Source: Candidatus Heimdallarchaeota archaeon | GTDB taxonomy: Archaea > Asgardarchaeota > Wukongarchaeia > Wukongarchaeales > JBHIFL01 | Assembly: GCA_046761065.1 (NCBI GenBank) | Contig: JBHIFL010000040.1 | Location: 1-38,916 of the forward strand | Direction of reading: 5' to 3' | Length of the DNA: 38,916 bases | Shown: in pieces, positions 8,300-17,545 of the stretch | Layout: each line of letters begins with the position of its first letter | Numbering within the stretch: the stretch's first letter is position 1 | Notes under the pieces: generated by a model | Databases searched by the model: none | Told to the model about the DNA's origin: nothing | What the model saw: only the letters and a program-made list of their open reading frames with translations | Position numbers and translations under genes: made by a program

Positions 8300-10213
8300 A
8301 TGTATGGGTATATGGGGAAGCTTCTGAAGATCGACCTCTCTCGCCAAAAGATCGCCATCGATGACGTTGACGAAGGGTTCGCCCGGACGTATTTAGGGGG
8401 CACAGGGTTTGGGGCTAAACTCCTGTGGGATCTGACTACAGGCGATACAGATCCCCTAGCCCCGGAGAACCCCCTCATTTTTGCCACCGGTCCCACCACG
8501 GGAACTGCTTACCCGTCGTCTGGGCGATATGTGACGATTGCCAAGTCCCCATTAACGGGGTGTTGGGGCGAAGCGCATTGTGGCGGGCGCTGGGGCCCTA
8601 TATTCAAGGCAGCGGGATATGATGCCGCCATCATCTTTGGCCGGGCTCCTAAGCCAGTGTACTTGTCGATCATCGATGATGACATTACGTTCCATAGTGC
8701 CGAGCCCCTTTGGGGGAGGAACGTGGTTGAGACGACCGACCACATTAAAGACAATCTAGGGAAAGAGGTTGAAGTCAACGGGATTGGTCCCGCTGGCGAG
8801 AATTTGGTCAAATTCGCCTGCATCATGTCTGGTTATTGGCGGGCGGCGGGTAGGACGGGGATGGGGGCGGTCATGGGAAGTAAAAACCTTAAGGCGGTCG
8901 CAGTCGATGGATTCAAGACGGTTGAAGCAGCAGATCTTGACCGGTTTCTTGACGCGGCGCGAGCTGCGGTCCAGAAATTGACCACCGGCCGGTGGAGGGA
9001 ATTCCATGAGGAAACCTTGGGCAAATTTGGGACTCCTTCCCTCGTCTCAGCCATCAATGAAATTGGCCGACTTCCTACCAAGAACCATCAGACCGGATTC
9101 TACGGGCAAACGGAGCTGATTGACGAGCATATGCTGCGTGACAACTACCGCATATCTCGCGACTCGTGTTTTGGCTGCGCGATCATGTGTAAGTACCTCT
9201 CCGGGGTCCAAGCAGGCAAGTATCGCTGCACAACGGGAGGGCCCGAGTACGAATCTGTGATGGCGTATGGGTCGAACTGTTATAACTCGAACATCGAATC
9301 GATCATCTACGCCAACTACCTCTGTAACCTGTATGGCCTCGACACCATCAGCGCAGGGTGTGTGGTGGCGTTTGCGATTGAGTGCTACGAGCAGGGGCTT
9401 CTGACACGCGCCCATACGGACCTCGAGCTGAAATGGGGAAACGATGAAGCCATCGTCGAATTAACCCGGCGGATCGCCCATCGCAAGGGCTTAGGGGACC
9501 TATTAGCAGAAGGGTCACGCTTAGCAGCCCAAGAAATTGGAGGCGATGCAAAAAAATACGCGATCCATGTGAAAGGGCTCGAAGTGAGCGGGCAGGACGG
9601 GCGCGCCCAGTTCAGCGTCGCCATCACCCATGGCAGTAACGTCCGAGGCGCAGACCACCTCCGAAGCTTGTCCTGCCTCGAGGAGCTAGGGTTCCCGGAA
9701 GTCTCCGCTGCGCGGTTTGGAGCCGACAAGGTCGAAGCCATTCAAACCCTCCGGAGTTCTGACCACAAGCCCGAGGTCGTGGCCGACATGGAACTGCTCT
9801 ACGCGATTGTCGACTCCCTCCTGACCTGCAAATACGGCTCTATGTGGGCCCCATCGCTATACTTTTCTGATTTTGCCAAAGCGTTGGCTCCCCTAACTGG
9901 TATCGAGGCCTTCGGGGATGTCAGGCATCTCCGGACAACCGCCCATCGGATCTGTGCACTCCGCAAGGCCTACAATGTGCGTATCGGCCAAACGAAAGAA
10001 GATGACAACCTTCCATCGCGGTTTTACAAAGATCCAATGGTCGGAGGCCCCACTGAAGGGGCGGTTCTGCCGGAAGACTTGTACTGGCAAATGATGGCCG
10101 ACTACTATCGCCGGATGGGCTATGATCCAGAGACCAGCCACCCACGAAAAAAGACGCTAGAAGAGCTGGACTTGGATTTTGTGGTGAAAGAATTACAGAA
10201 CTTGCCCCAATAG
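8300..10213 (+). CDS. aor: Tungsten-containing aldehyde:ferredoxin oxidoreductase family protein
   Basis: GYMGKLLKIDLS, KSPLTG, GPAGEN, AAGRTGMGAVMGSKNLKA, CFGCAIMC, GPEYE, GLDTIS, RGADH, DSLLTC; 637 aa. Confidence 0.95.
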   Translation: MYGYMGKLLKIDLSRQKIAIDDVDEGFARTYLGGTGFGAKLLWDLTTGDTDPLAPENPLIFATGPTTGTAYPSSGRYVTIAKSPLTGCWGEAHCGGRWGPIFKAAGYDAAIIFGRAPKPVYLSIIDDDITFHSAEPLWGRNVVETTDHIKDNLGKEVEVNGIGPAGENLVKFACIMSGYWRAAGRTGMGAVMGSKNLKAVAVDGFKTVEAADLDRFLDAARAAVQKLTTGRWREFHEETLGKFGTPSLVSAINEIGRLPTKNHQTGFYGQTELIDEHMLRDNYRISRDSCFGCAIMCKYLSGVQAGKYRCTTGGPEYESVMAYGSNCYNSNIESIIYANYLCNLYGLDTISAGCVVAFAIECYEQGLLTRAHTDLELKWGNDEAIVELTRRIAHRKGLGDLLAEGSRLAAQEIGGDAKKYAIHVKGLEVSGQDGRAQFSVAITHGSNVRGADHLRSLSCLEELGFPEVSAARFGADKVEAIQTLRSSDHKPEVVADMELLYAIVDSLLTCKYGSMWAPSLYFSDFAKALAPLTGIEAFGDVRHLRTTAHRICALRKAYNVRIGQTKEDDNLPSRFYKDPMVGGPTEGAVLPEDLYWQMMADYYRRMGYDPETSHPRKKTLEELDLDFVVKELQNLPQ

Positions 10214-10807
10214 AACGGAGCTCTCTTTTGGAGGCGAACCGCTATCATTGGGATTAGAGTATCTTAAGCAGGCTCTGTTCTCGTTTAAAACTAAAATATT
10301 TCTCACTAGTAAAGTTGTTTTCAAATAATATTCTTTGGGGGTGAAAATCTCCTTTAAACAAATTCAAGTGAAATGTATACGATCTGGGAGATGGAATTTT
10401 TCGATGTATGATTCAGGCACGTCTGGAACCCACAAGCGGTCAAGTTAAGGTAAGCTAATTTCCGCCTTGATCTATGGCGCTATCCACATCAAAGCGGATT
10501 TTCTAGGTCCTAGTATGACCTGGGCTACAAGAGGTGGGGTTCTAACTGCATTCTCGTTTCTTGTCTATCAAATATATTCTGGGGCATTATGGGGTGTTGC
10601 ATATGTAAAAAACAAGAAGACTCATCCCCCTTTTTGTAGGCCACCACCTCCACAACTATTTGGCGAACAGGCTGGCAACCATAGTACTCTAACTTGGAAA
10701 GTCGAAATAGAGGCGCAAAACATTTATGGAAAGAACATTCCCCTGTACAATGATGGGAAACCGATTGTGAATCCATGAGCTGCATCCCCTGTTGAGGTTT
10801 ATCAGGC

Positions 10808-11644
10808 ATGAAAGACCGGGGATCTAAGAACGTGAGAGGCCTTGACATGTGGTTCAAAAAGCTAAGAAAAGACAAGAAAGAGCCACCCACGAAACCCGAA
10901 GAGGAAGAAAAAATAGCAGAAGGAATGCCCAAGCAAGAGGTCAAAAAACCGGAAGATGAGGCGAAACCGCGGAGAGAACCTACGAAGACGGAACAAGAAC
11001 CCTTAGAGCAAGTCAACGCGGAAGAAATGGCGCCCCCTACAACACCGGAGTTGGAAGTTAAGGACTTCTTACAGAGCCGAGCAAGCCCGTTTACTATTAG
11101 AGAACTAACCAAAGGCACTAATATTCCTCTCAAAACCGCAAAAACCGCGTTGCAAACGCTGATTTCAACGGGAGCAGTTGATACCCGCACCTTTGGAAAA
11201 ACTGTAGTATACTGGAGAACTGGCCGCTTTAAAGCAGGGATTGAAGCCGTGCCATTGGGAGAAGGTGTAAAGGAATCCAGTCAAGAGGAAATTCGGCGCC
11301 TTAAAGAAACGATATCGCGGTTAGAGCAAGAACGCGTCGCTCAAACGAGGGATTATGAAAAACTCAAAAATCAACTTCAGGAGATGGAAACAAAAGAGCG
11401 AGAACGCCAAGCAGAACGACTCCCAAACCTCCAAGAACATATTGCAAAATTGGAAGAAGAGAAGAAGACCCTGTTACAGCAGGTTAAAAAGTTAAGAACG
11501 GAATTAGTTGGATTTCAAACAAAATACGCAGGGAAGGAAACCGAATGGAAAGCCGTGGCGGAACGAATGGCCGAGGAAATGGCCGCTCGGGCGGGGACCT
11601 CAATCGAGGAAGTCCTGGAATTTTTTGAGGCCCCGGGCTACTAG
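10808..11644 (+). CDS. Winged-helix + coiled-coil protein resembling Hop2/Mnd1
   Basis: Charged low-complexity N-terminus, wHTH aa ~81-136 ending in LQTLISTGAVDTRTFGKTVVYW, two coiled coils (~158-200, ~205-240) and a C-terminal W-x15-G-x9-F-x2-P cap. The start may be ATG 10847. Confidence 0.75.
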   Translation: MKDRGSKNVRGLDMWFKKLRKDKKEPPTKPEEEEKIAEGMPKQEVKKPEDEAKPRREPTKTEQEPLEQVNAEEMAPPTTPELEVKDFLQSRASPFTIRELTKGTNIPLKTAKTALQTLISTGAVDTRTFGKTVVYWRTGRFKAGIEAVPLGEGVKESSQEEIRRLKETISRLEQERVAQTRDYEKLKNQLQEMETKERERQAERLPNLQEHIAKLEEEKKTLLQQVKKLRTELVGFQTKYAGKETEWKAVAERMAEEMAARAGTSIEEVLEFFEAPGY

Positions 11645-11720
11645 GACAAGCTACAGTATTTTTGAAAATGTATCATGTTTTGTTTTAGGTTCGATCAATG
11701 AGATTGGGCTGTGAATCGTT

Positions 11721-12971
11721 ATGAGCTTTATTGAACGGATGATTTGCGCAAAATGCCGGACCGAGTATGAGCCGACCTCTGCTCCGGAAAACGATGGTTG
11801 TGGAGGGCGAATTGACATCTATTTGAATATCGAAGCATTAAAAGAGAACCTCTCCAAGCAAGAGCTCATTGCGCGCGGAAACAGCCCGTGGAAATACTTT
11901 GAATTGCTCCCAATTTTTGAAAAGGTGAATTTTATCACTTTGGGCGAAGGAAATACCCCCCTCTTGAAATCAGATCGATTTGCGAGAACATTAGGTCTGA
12001 AACACTTGTATTGGAAGGTTGAAACCCAAAACCCGAGCGGCAGCTTCAAAGACAGACCGATATCAGTTGGGGTCAGTAAAGCCGTTGAAAACGGTTCTAA
12101 GACGGTGGTCTCCGCATCCAGTGGGAATGCTGCCGCGGCGATGGCCACTTATGGGGCAAAAGCAGGCCTCGAAGTGGTGGTCTTTGTACCCGAACATGCG
12201 CCCGCCGATAAAATCACTCAACTGCTCTTTTTAGGGGCTCAAGTATTCCGAATTGCCCGAGATGCCGAACCCGGGGATCCGGCTTTTACACTCCTAACAA
12301 AAGCGTATCAAGCATACGGGTGGACGCCGATCCCGAGTATGGGGCCGTTTAACTGCTGGCAATTTGAAGGGAACAAAACGATCGGCTACGAGGTAGCAGA
12401 ACAGATGGGTTGGAAAGTTCCAGATTGGATGCTGTTCCCTACCGGGAGCGGAGGGCACCTCGCAGGGACCATGAAAGGGTTCAAGGAATTCAACGACATG
12501 GGCTTTATCGAGGGCTTGCCACGGGCGGTTGCGGTCCAACCCACGGGATGCGCGCCCGTTGTTCAAGCCATCCAAGAAAGAAGGGATCCCTTCGAAATTG
12601 TTGCGTGGGGCCCCCCCCAAACGATCGCGGGAGGCCTTGCCGATCTGTTCCCTTGGGATGGAGATGCGGCGGTAACGATGATCCGAGAATCGCAGGGAAC
12701 CGCAGTCGCGGTAACCGATGAAGAGATCTTGAGGGTGCAACGCGAGTTAGCCCGACTGGAAGGCGTTTTCGGAGAGCCCTCGGGGGTAGCGGGGATTGCC
12801 GGCTTAAAGAGCCTCATAGAAGCAGGGGTTATTGATCCCACCGATACGGTGGTTGTCACCATCACAGGCATTGGGTTTAAGGACACGCGAATCCTAGAAC
12901 AGCAGACAGGTAAAGCGCCAGTGATTGCTCCCTCTCTAGAAGCACTCGAAAAAGTGCTGCAGAAATCATAA
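11721..12971 (+). CDS. Threonine synthase-like fold-type II PLP enzyme
   Basis: N-terminal Zn-ribbon-like Cys pattern, TLGEGNTPL, NPSGSFKDR (PLP Lys), ASSGN, EGNKT, PTGSGG, EPSG, TGIGFK. Confidence 0.88.
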   Translation: MSFIERMICAKCRTEYEPTSAPENDGCGGRIDIYLNIEALKENLSKQELIARGNSPWKYFELLPIFEKVNFITLGEGNTPLLKSDRFARTLGLKHLYWKVETQNPSGSFKDRPISVGVSKAVENGSKTVVSASSGNAAAAMATYGAKAGLEVVVFVPEHAPADKITQLLFLGAQVFRIARDAEPGDPAFTLLTKAYQAYGWTPIPSMGPFNCWQFEGNKTIGYEVAEQMGWKVPDWMLFPTGSGGHLAGTMKGFKEFNDMGFIEGLPRAVAVQPTGCAPVVQAIQERRDPFEIVAWGPPQTIAGGLADLFPWDGDAAVTMIRESQGTAVAVTDEEILRVQRELARLEGVFGEPSGVAGIAGLKSLIEAGVIDPTDTVVVTITGIGFKDTRILEQQTGKAPVIAPSLEALEKVLQKS

Positions 12972-13003
12972 GAAAGACTGGGTTCAAGATAGGAGGGTGG
13001 CAA

Positions 13004-13771
13004 ATGGTTGACAGAGAGCCCCTTGATGTATTCGTAAGGAAAGTTCCTGATCTCAGGAAGCGCTGGAAGGCCGTCCTTACTGTGGTCTATATTCTAGTCT
13101 TGGCTTTTGTATGCGCTGTGTTTTTCTTCTCCTTTGACCGCCTTTTCCCATATGCGCCAATCATCAGTCAGCTTGGAATGGCGGTAGTTGTTGCTGCCAT
13201 TAGTTACATTCATTTCAAAAAGGCCAGCCAGTACCGTGAGAAGTATGGGGCGCTGGCCTATCGCTATTTCTTCTACCACCTGATGGTCCCCTATCTGGTG
13301 ACATGGTATGCCTGCTTCTTCCATCCGTTGTTTGTGAGCGGCCCGCCACTGCTTCATTCTTGGTTGGCAACGAGTATCGGGATCCTCTTCCTCGTCCTCT
13401 TCTTGCTCACGAGCTTACATATTGAAAGATCTGGGTTCCACAACACCACCCATGGGATGGATATTTATACCGTTTTCCCAGAAGAAGCGACCGTAGTGTA
13501 TGGAGAGATCTATGCCTACATCCGGCACCCATTGTACTTTTCGCTCCTATGTGGCACAATCGGCTTAGCATTCTTTCGGAACAATTCCACGGCTCTGATC
13601 ACATCCCTGATGATCTTGATCCCATCTCTCGTGGCGGCTCATATGGAGGACAGAGAACTCGTAGAGAGGGTTGGAGCAGCCCATGAGGAGTACATCAAGA
13701 ACACTTCTTTGTTAGTCCCGATAAAACACCTTAAGGGATTCCTTAAATTCCTGATCTTCCTCGATAAGTGA
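13004..13771 (+). CDS. Isoprenylcysteine carboxyl methyltransferase/PEMT-family membrane methyltransferase
   Basis: About 6 TM helices; IYAYIRHPLY and EDRELVERVG..HEEY....LVP motifs. Confidence 0.8.
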   Translation: MVDREPLDVFVRKVPDLRKRWKAVLTVVYILVLAFVCAVFFFSFDRLFPYAPIISQLGMAVVVAAISYIHFKKASQYREKYGALAYRYFFYHLMVPYLVTWYACFFHPLFVSGPPLLHSWLATSIGILFLVLFLLTSLHIERSGFHNTTHGMDIYTVFPEEATVVYGEIYAYIRHPLYFSLLCGTIGLAFFRNNSTALITSLMILIPSLVAAHMEDRELVERVGAAHEEYIKNTSLLVPIKHLKGFLKFLIFLDK

Positions 13772-13977
13772 GCATTGCAGTTACTAGGAGTATATATGGG
13801 ATTTACCCGGAGTCTTCACCGGTGATCACCATCTCCCTCAATGAGCTGGTTGGATACTGACTTGTATTTTCCAAAAAAGGGGTGCCCTGTCACTATCCCT
13901 AATCCTTATGTACAGTAGCTATCTGAACATCATCACCCTTCACAACCCAATTATGTGACCAACAAGGAGTTGAGAAC

Positions 13978-15027
13978 ATGAAGACCGACTCATTTCGTGG
14001 AAAAGATTTTCTGACACTGTTGGACTTCAGCCGGGAAGAAATTGAGACGATGTTAGACATCGCGTTAGATTTGAAACGGAAATATGCGATTTGGGATCTT
14101 TCGACTCATGAACTCCTCCGCGGAAAAACGTTGTTTATGATCTTCTATAATCAGAGTTTGCGAACCCGAAACTCTTTTGAGGCCGGCATGACCCAGCTCG
14201 GGGGGCATGCGCACTTCCTCGATCCTGCCAAGATATATACGCCCGCACTGGAAGGCGATGAACGGGCGTATGAAACTGAACGTGTCTCAGACGTTGCCCG
14301 AGTTCTGAGTCGAATGGGCCATGGAATTGCCATTCGGTGCTATGGCGATCCCGTGGGGTGGGTCTATGGCCGAGCGCATGAGCTCGAGAGGAATTTCGCA
14401 TATTGGTCTGACATCCCAATCATCAACATGGAATGCGACAAATATCACCCGTGTCAAGCCCTTGCGGATCTATTAACTGTCAAAGAGAAGTTTGGCACCT
14501 TTAAGGGCGTTAAATTCGTCATGAGTTGGGCTTACTCCCCGAGTGTTCATAAACCCCTCGCGGTGCCCCAATCAGCGGTTATCGCGAGTACCATGATGGG
14601 TATGGATGTCGTCCTTGCATACCCCAAAGGCCTTGAACTGGATGACGCAGTCATTGACGCCTGTAAGAAGTTTTCCGAAGTTGAGGGAGGGTCTTTTGAG
14701 ATTTCCAATGACATGGAAGAGGCGTTTCAGGGGGCAGATGTCGTCTATCCGAAAGCATGGACGAGTAAATTCAACATTCCTCCTATAAATAGTGCGGTCG
14801 AATTGGATAAGACGCAGGAACTCTTCGATGCCAATAAACACTGGATCTGCGACGATGACAAAATGAAACTTATTGCTGATCGTGGCGTCTATATGCATTG
14901 CCTCCCGTGCGACCGAGGGTTTGAAGTTGCGAATTCGGTCATCGATGGCCCCAAATCGGTGGTATTTGATCAAGCAGAAAACCGACTTCATTGCCAAAAT
15001 GCTGTAATGGCTTTGATAATGCGGTAA
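13978..15027 (+). CDS. Carbamoyltransferase of the knotted AOTCase/YgeW-like group
   Basis: SLRTRNSFE, HPCQALAD and HCLP motifs; proline-rich WAYSPSVHKPLAVPQS loop and YPKAW; lacks the OTCase DxxxSMG motif. Confidence 0.85.
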   Translation: MKTDSFRGKDFLTLLDFSREEIETMLDIALDLKRKYAIWDLSTHELLRGKTLFMIFYNQSLRTRNSFEAGMTQLGGHAHFLDPAKIYTPALEGDERAYETERVSDVARVLSRMGHGIAIRCYGDPVGWVYGRAHELERNFAYWSDIPIINMECDKYHPCQALADLLTVKEKFGTFKGVKFVMSWAYSPSVHKPLAVPQSAVIASTMMGMDVVLAYPKGLELDDAVIDACKKFSEVEGGSFEISNDMEEAFQGADVVYPKAWTSKFNIPPINSAVELDKTQELFDANKHWICDDDKMKLIADRGVYMHCLPCDRGFEVANSVIDGPKSVVFDQAENRLHCQNAVMALIMR

Positions 15028-15189
15028 AGAGGACATTCATCCCATCATCAATTCAACCCCTTATTCGTATGAACGAGAGAAATGGTAAACGGAATTTAGG
15101 AAAAAACGAGTTCAAACAAGTCATCTTAATGGATCAAAAATAGGCGATAGATTTATAGACCCCGTTTCAATTAGCAAGTTGGTGATCCC

Positions 15190-16248
15190 ATGCCTCAGTG
15201 TTCGAATTGTGGAAAAGAAATCGATCCCGACTCATTTTTTTGCCCGTACTGTGGTGAAACAACCAAGCGGCCAGTTGTCCCTGAACGGCCGGTCCGCCCC
15301 CCCCACTATCCCTATCCTCCTCCAAGGATGGCATACGGACCCGAACGAGTGAATATGGGGGACGTCCTCTCGACTTCTTGGAGAGTAATCGCCCAACGAC
15401 CGATTATTATTCTTCCGCATGTGATTAGTATAATTGTAGGAACGCTTGTGGGTGGAGCAGCCATTACAACGTTCCTTTTTTATCTTTTTGGGTTAACTCC
15501 GGAGGAGTACACTCCGTTAGCGCTAGGATGGTTGATAGTAGGATTTATTGTAACGATAGTAGTCCACACCACAATAGGGGGAATGTATCCCGATCTCACC
15601 AAGCATATCCTCGAGGGGGAAGAGGTGGATCTTGGAGGGGTTGCAAGCAAGGCATTAGGAAGATTTTTCTCGCTTCTAGGAGCGGCGATTCTAGTTGCTC
15701 TAATCACATTCGCAGGAATCATACCTTTGATTATTGGAATTATATTGCTCATTTTGACGCTTGAGGTTCCCATAATGGGGCTCGTCGGGTTAGTTTTTCT
15801 TATCCTTGGGATAGTTCTTGTGCTATACATTCTGTGTTGGTACTATTGTGTGATACCTGCCTTAATGTTGGAGGATCGCGGAATTCTCGACGCATTATCT
15901 ACTTCAAAGGAATTTTCGAAAGGTCGAAAGTGGGCTATTTTCGGGTTAATACTGATTGTGGCGATAATTTCATTGATCTTAAGTTTAATTGCAGGAATTT
16001 TTCCCGGCCATATCGGAACCGCACTTGGATACCTTGTTTCCCTCATTATTACTGTATATGAATCTGTTATCCCGAGTTATTTGTATATTCGATACAAAGG
16101 CCTACTTGTTACTCCACCACCATCTGCACCCGTCTACCCAGCCCCAGTTACTCCTATACCCGAAACAAAACAGATTTGTCCCACGTGTGGATCGGAAATC
16201 GAGCCAGGTCAGGTATATTGCGGTTGGTGTGGCTCGAAATTACCCTAA
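15190..16248 (+). CDS. Zinc-ribbon-flanked polytopic membrane protein
   Basis: CSNCG..FCPYCG at the N-terminus and CPTCG..YCGWCG at the C-terminus; about 6 TM helices; Pro-rich linkers. Confidence 0.85.
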   Translation: MPQCSNCGKEIDPDSFFCPYCGETTKRPVVPERPVRPPHYPYPPPRMAYGPERVNMGDVLSTSWRVIAQRPIIILPHVISIIVGTLVGGAAITTFLFYLFGLTPEEYTPLALGWLIVGFIVTIVVHTTIGGMYPDLTKHILEGEEVDLGGVASKALGRFFSLLGAAILVALITFAGIIPLIIGIILLILTLEVPIMGLVGLVFLILGIVLVLYILCWYYCVIPALMLEDRGILDALSTSKEFSKGRKWAIFGLILIVAIISLILSLIAGIFPGHIGTALGYLVSLIITVYESVIPSYLYIRYKGLLVTPPPSAPVYPAPVTPIPETKQICPTCGSEIEPGQVYCGWCGSKLP

Positions 16249-16309
16249 TTGCTTACGAAATCTCCAGCGAATATTGATCCCAAGAGAAATTATTTCATAA
16301 CAAAGAGAA

Positions 16310-17545
16310 TTACCTTTTAAAATCCTGATTCTTGGTGATAGATCGGGCTTGTTGTTCTTCTCGTTTTAATAGTGGCATCAGAGTCACATTTGTAAAGGCT
16401 AAAGCGATTCCAAGCACAAAGATCTGAGTCATTGATTGAGTTTCGGCAAGAAATCCATCAATGGTTGGTGCAATCGACCTAAACGTAGCAGGGAGAACAC
16501 CTGTCATCGCATAAGCCATTCCTCGCCGATATGTTGAAGTATATCGAGCCAATAAACTGAGGATTGCAGGAAAAGTGGTACTTGTAGCGATACCAAAGAT
16601 AAAAGCTGACAAGAAAATCATGTTGGTCCCACTTGTGACTACGAGAATGGTGGTTGCCACTCCTTGAAATGCATAAGCAAGCATCAAAAACCGAAGTGGT
16701 CCAATTCTATCTGCAAAGTACCCCCCGAAAAGAACCCCTAGGACGCCACTTATTGCCATCCAACCAAACAGAAAGGCGGCTGTTGCTTGACTATAACCTT
16801 GCGTAGTGAGATATGTTGGTAGGATAAAAGAAATCATCTCAATTAGGATGGTACCAATTGCTCGAACTGCTGTGAGGAGGAAAAGAGCTCTGAAGAGCAT
16901 TGTTGTTGCAAAATTTAGTGGTGGACTCTTATAATTGTTGGTTTGATTTGAATTGGCTCTAGATTGTTCAATACTTTTCCCGACTCTCTTTAGAAAAAGA
17001 AGGAGCGAGATGCCAAGGACAGGGATTGAAAGAACCAAGTAGACATCTGTCCATGGCCGTCTAGCTACGAAGGTGACACCCACAAGGATTGGCCCTATTG
17101 CAGAACCGATACGAGCCCCAGAACTGTGGATGCTCTGCGCTTTCCCTCTGCTTCTCTCGTCAAATAGATCTAAAATTAAAGAAATTGCGGCTGTGTGGTA
17201 AAATCCTGCTAAAATTCCAATAAATGTAAGGGCTGCAATGAAGATGTAGAAACTTCTCCTCCCTAATATACCGATTAAACTCAGCAAAAATCCATATAAT
17301 AAGAGACTTATGGGAATAGAAAATGATCTGCTCCATCGATCTGAAACATGGCCGCTAATTGGCATCGAAATGGCTTCGACCGCCTGAATCAGAGTTATTA
17401 TTCCTCCTAGCTGGAATAAAGATAGAAAAAAATCACTTGAAAGTTCAGTAAGAATAGTAGGGAGGATATAGGTTCTTCCCATATGAATGGTAGAATTAGC
17501 GAGGAAAAGTATCCCGAGATCTGTCCTTTGGCTGTTTTTCATCAT
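16310..17545 (-). CDS. MFS transporter
   Basis: About 12 TM helices; motif A copies GHVSDRWSR and GYFADRIGP; RGKAQSI and RRGMAYA. Confidence 0.93.
   Translation of the reverse strand: MMKNSQRTDLGILFLANSTIHMGRTYILPTILTELSSDFFLSLFQLGGIITLIQAVEAISMPISGHVSDRWSRSFSIPISLLLYGFLLSLIGILGRRSFYIFIAALTFIGILAGFYHTAAISLILDLFDERSRGKAQSIHSSGARIGSAIGPILVGVTFVARRPWTDVYLVLSIPVLGISLLLFLKRVGKSIEQSRANSNQTNNYKSPPLNFATTMLFRALFLLTAVRAIGTILIEMISFILPTYLTTQGYSQATAAFLFGWMAISGVLGVLFGGYFADRIGPLRFLMLAYAFQGVATTILVVTSGTNMIFLSAFIFGIATSTTFPAILSLLARYTSTYRRGMAYAMTGVLPATFRSIAPTIDGFLAETQSMTQIFVLGIALAFTNVTLMPLLKREEQQARSITKNQDFKR

Noticed and set aside
10330-10778. ORF 10467-10778 and adjacent short frames as a gene
   Set aside because: TTG start, no recognisable motif and fragmentary frames; possibly a gene remnant but not supportable.
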